This document shows positions 34,798 through 37,873 of a DNA stretch of 37,873 nucleotides, piece after piece. Position 1 is the first letter of the stretch. Every line of letters starts with the position of its first letter. The position numbers and the translations under genes are program-made. The notes under the pieces were generated by a model that worked only from the letters and a program-made list of their open reading frames with translations, did not search any database and had not been told where the DNA came from. Where the stretch lies: IMG/VR virus record IMGVR_UViG_3300033076_000188, positions 1 through 37,873 of that record; one strand, given 5' to 3'. Source of the DNA: a virus (lineage: Duplodnaviria; Caudoviricetes).

Positions 34798-35592
34798 ATG
34801 GACGAAAACGTCCCTATTGAAGCGGAAGCACCCGCGCCGGAACTGGAAACCACGGCGGCTCCAGAACCCGCAGTAACTGATACGCCGGAAGAGCAGCCTG
34901 CCGAGCAGGAAGCATCTAAGACCTTCACGCAAGAAGAACTTGATGCGATTGTCGGTAAGCGTCTCGCAAGAGAACAGCGCAAATGGGAACGCGAACAGGC
35001 TCAACGGCTTGCGGACGTTCAAGCCCAGCAGGCGGCATCGCCGTCTACGGACTTGGCACCGGAACAGTTTGAGACTTACGAGGATTACGCAGAGGCGTTA
35101 GCCGAACGTAAAGCCGAGGAGTTGTTGCGGCAGCGGGAAACCAAGCAGCAGCACCAAGCAATTCTTGAGCAGTACCACGAACTAGAAGAGACGGCGCGCG
35201 ATAAATATGATGATTTCGATCAGATCGCGTACAACCCGAACCTTCCCGTTACGGAGTACATGGCTCAAAGCATTCAGGCTTCTGACATTGGCCCTGATGT
35301 CCTTTATTGGCTAGGGACCAACCCAAAAGAAGCGGATCGCATCGCCCGTTTGAACCCGATCTTGCAAGCCAAGGAAATCGGAAAGATTGAGGCGTCTTTG
35401 TCGTCCAATCCCCCGGTTCGGAAAACATCAACCGCCCCGGCACCGATTGCACCTGTTACGCCGCGCGCTTCTGGCGCATCTGTATTGGATACGACTGACC
35501 CTCGGTCTATTAAGACCATGAGTACGTCAGAATGGATCGAAGCAGAACGGCAACGGCAGATCAAGAGGTACGAGGCACTACGCAACCGCTAA
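34798..35592 (+). CDS. Scaffolding protein
   Basis: Acidic N-terminus, KTFTQEELDAIVGKRLARE, coiled coils, C-terminal MSTSEWIEAER helix; directly before the coat gene. Confidence 0.85.
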   Translation: MDENVPIEAEAPAPELETTAAPEPAVTDTPEEQPAEQEASKTFTQEELDAIVGKRLAREQRKWEREQAQRLADVQAQQAASPSTDLAPEQFETYEDYAEALAERKAEELLRQRETKQQHQAILEQYHELEETARDKYDDFDQIAYNPNLPVTEYMAQSIQASDIGPDVLYWLGTNPKEADRIARLNPILQAKEIGKIEASLSSNPPVRKTSTAPAPIAPVTPRASGASVLDTTDPRSIKTMSTSEWIEAERQRQIKRYEALRNR

Positions 35593-35607
35593 TTTGGGAT
35601 TTTAACC

Positions 35608-36816
35608 ATGTCTAACTCGATTCTTACTATTGACATGATTACGCGGAAGGCTCTGGAAATTCTGGAGAACAACCTCGTACTCACCCGTAACGTGAACCGC
35701 CAGTACGACGACAGCTTTGCCGTCGAAGGCGCGAAGATCGGCTCGACCCTGCGCATCCGTCTGCCCGACCGTGCGCTCGTCACCGACGGTGCTGCGCTTC
35801 AGGTGCAGGACGACAACGAACAGTACACCACGCTGACCGTTGCCAGCCAGAAGCACATCGGCGTGAACTTCACGACCGCTGAAATGACCATGCAGTTGGA
35901 CGACTTCGCCGAGCGCGTTCTGAAGCCGCGTATTTCGCAGCTTGCCGCCAGCATCGACGCTGACGTTGCGAACGCCTTCAAGACCGTCGGCAACTCGGTC
36001 GGCACGCCCGGCACTGTCCCCGGCACGTCGGCTGTTCTGTTGGCCGCCCAGCAGAAGCTGAACGAAAACGCCGCCGTCATGTCGCCGCGCTACGCGACCG
36101 TTAACCCGGCTGCGAACGCTGGCCTCGTTGAAGGTCTGAAGGGCCTGTTCAACCCGACCGACACGATCAGCCGTCAGTTCAAGAACGGCTTGATGGGCAC
36201 CGGCGTCCTTGGCTTTGAAGAAGTCAATATGTCGCAGTCGATCAAGAACTTCACGACTGGTTCGCGTACCGCAACGGGCGGCACGACTTCGGCGGCTATC
36301 ACCACCGAAGGCGCTACGGCCATCAGCATCACCGGTGCTGGCGCTGCTGCCACCATCAAGGCTGGCGACGTGTTTACCGTGGCTGACTGCTATGCCGTCA
36401 ACCCGCAGACCCGCGAAAGCACGGGTTCGCTGTTCCAGTTCGTCGCGCTTGCCGACGTTACGCTGAACGGCTCCGGTGCTGGTGACGTGACCGTGGCTCC
36501 GATCTATTCGGCCAACCACGCGCTCGCCACCGTCAACGCTCTGCCGGGCAACAGCAAGGCCGTCGTGTTCGTCGGCGCTGCTTCGACGCAGTATCCGCAG
36601 AACATGATCTACCACAAGGACGCGATTACTTTCGCTACCGCCGACCTTTTGATGCCGCAGGGCGTCGATATGGCGTCGCGTCAGGTCCACAACGGCATCA
36701 GCTTGCGTGTTGTTCGTCAGTACGACATCAACAACGACCGTCTGCCTTGCCGTATTGACGTTCTGTACGGCTACAGCACGATCCGTCCGCAGATGGCTTG
36801 CCGTCTCTGGGGCTAA
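35608..36816 (+). CDS. Major capsid protein (P22 gp5 coat family)
   Basis: MSNSILTIDMITRKAL..KIGSTLRIRLP..RIDVLYG; strongly biased codon usage. Confidence 0.93.
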   Translation: MSNSILTIDMITRKALEILENNLVLTRNVNRQYDDSFAVEGAKIGSTLRIRLPDRALVTDGAALQVQDDNEQYTTLTVASQKHIGVNFTTAEMTMQLDDFAERVLKPRISQLAASIDADVANAFKTVGNSVGTPGTVPGTSAVLLAAQQKLNENAAVMSPRYATVNPAANAGLVEGLKGLFNPTDTISRQFKNGLMGTGVLGFEEVNMSQSIKNFTTGSRTATGGTTSAAITTEGATAISITGAGAAATIKAGDVFTVADCYAVNPQTRESTGSLFQFVALADVTLNGSGAGDVTVAPIYSANHALATVNALPGNSKAVVFVGAASTQYPQNMIYHKDAITFATADLLMPQGVDMASRQVHNGISLRVVRQYDINNDRLPCRIDVLYGYSTIRPQMACRLWG

Positions 36817-36825
36817 TTAAGTAAC

Positions 36826-36847
36826 GGCCCCCGGTTCGCTGGGGGCC
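36826..36847 (+). terminator. Hairpin after the capsid gene (weak terminator or mRNA stabiliser)
   Basis: GGCCCCCGG-TTCG-CTGGGGGCC with a poor U tract. Confidence 0.6.
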
Positions 36848-36869
36848 ACCTATTTGAAAGGACAATATT

Positions 36870-37283
36870 ATGGCTCTCCCTAATGGTGCTGGTGGTTTCC
36901 AGCTTGGCGATGGCAACCTGAACGAGCCGGTTATCGGCTACGCTCCTGCCCCCGCCACGGCCACTGTAACGGCCACGCTGACGGCGGCTCAGGTCACGTC
37001 GGGCATTCTGCTCGGCAGCCCCGGCACGTCGGCTGCTTCCTATACGCTCCCGACTGTCGCTTCGCTTGAAGCGGGTCAGTTGTCGAGCGCGAAGGTCGGC
37101 AGCACGTTTGACCTGTCGGTCGTCAACGTCGATGGTTCGTCTTCGGGCGTCATCACGCTGGTTGCTGGCACAGGCTGGACGCTGGTCGGTTTGATGACCG
37201 TCGCTGCTACCGCTGGTACGGCGCAGTTGTTCCGCGCTCGTAAGACGGGCGACGGCGCTTGGACGCTGTATCGCGTTGCGTAA
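36870..37283 (+). CDS. Putative capsid decoration protein
   Basis: 137 aa, Ala/Thr/Gly-rich and beta-rich, follows the coat gene, AAGGA RBS. Confidence 0.65.
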   Translation: MALPNGAGGFQLGDGNLNEPVIGYAPAPATATVTATLTAAQVTSGILLGSPGTSAASYTLPTVASLEAGQLSSAKVGSTFDLSVVNVDGSSSGVITLVAGTGWTLVGLMTVAATAGTAQLFRARKTGDGAWTLYRVA

Positions 37284-37288
37284 TTGGT

Positions 37289-37320
37289 TTGCCCCGGCTA
37301 AACGCCGGGGCAACCTTTTT
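37289..37320 (+). terminator. Rho-independent terminator
   Basis: TTGCCCCGGC-TAAAC-GCCGGGGCAA followed by CCTTTTT. Confidence 0.8.
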
Positions 37321-37331
37321 AGGGTGATCTC

Positions 37332-37544
37332 ATGGTAATCTATCTCATTCATCCCGTGCATGGCGCTAAAGTCGCAATTAGCGATCAAGAAGCGATTTAT
37401 GATGAAAGTTTTGGCTGGGTGCGCTATGATCCGACCACGCCTGTAGCGGCGGAACCTTCGAGCGATGACGAAAAAGCGTCTGTCGCTAACGAAATGGCGG
37501 AACCGATGCGCCGTGGACGCCGACGCGCAACGCAGGAAGACTAA
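37332..37544 (+). CDS. Hypothetical protein
   Basis: 70 aa, HPVHGAKVA..GWVRYDP, basic C-terminus. Confidence 0.65.
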   Translation: MVIYLIHPVHGAKVAISDQEAIYDESFGWVRYDPTTPVAAEPSSDDEKASVANEMAEPMRRGRRRATQED

Positions 37545-37547
37545 TCA

Positions 37548-37873
37548 ATGGCGACGGCTGGCGACATCATTAACGGCTCTCTAAGGCTTCTCGGCGTTCT
37601 GGCTGAAGGCGAAACGCCGTCTGCCGAAACATCGCAAGATGCGCTGACCGCAATGAACCAGATGATTGATAGCTGGAACACGGAACGGCTGTCGGTTTTC
37701 TCTACGCAAGATCAAGTTTTTACATGGCCTGCGGGCGTTATTAACCGCACGCTGGGGCCTTCGGGTGACTTTGTGGGCAACCGCCCCGTGCTGCTGGACG
37801 ACGCGACCTATTTCCGCGACCCCGGCACGAATGTCAGCTACGGCATTAAGTTCATCAACCAGCAGCAGTATGA
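37548..37873 (+). CDS. P22 gp4-like head-tail adaptor, 5' part (continues at nt 1-443; not in the ORF track)
   Basis: MATAGDIINGSLRLLGVLAEGETPSAETSQDALTAMNQMIDSW; open to the end of the window. Confidence 0.8.
   Translation, partial: MATAGDIINGSLRLLGVLAEGETPSAETSQDALTAMNQMIDSWNTERLSVFSTQDQVFTWPAGVINRTLGPSGDFVGNRPVLLDDATYFRDPGTNVSYGIKFINQQQY

Overview
The window is an apparently complete ~37.8 kb dsDNA phage genome. Nt 1-58 repeat nt 37816-37873 with one synonymous mismatch, so it circularises to 37,815 bp. The virion module is P22-like (podovirus): terminase small and large subunits, portal, scaffold, P22-type coat, gp4/gp10-like tail proteins, fibres and ejection proteins. It also carries a lysis cassette and an APSE-like replication module (SNF2 helicase, VRR-NUC, Cas4-like exonuclease, SSB-like protein, family A DNA polymerase, primase-helicase). 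A minus-strand array of small early genes shares repeated start sequences, and a repeat-rich non-coding region follows it. I recognised no integrase, repressor, tRNA or CRISPR array. The standout is a 287-aa intein in polymerase motif B. Its in-frame interior looks like filler, while a complete HNH-like endonuclease is encoded across it in an overlapping reading frame, and synonymous codon choice keeps the intein frame free of stops. Two further free-standing HNH genes have AT-shifted flanks. All family assignments come from motif recognition by eye, with no database searches.
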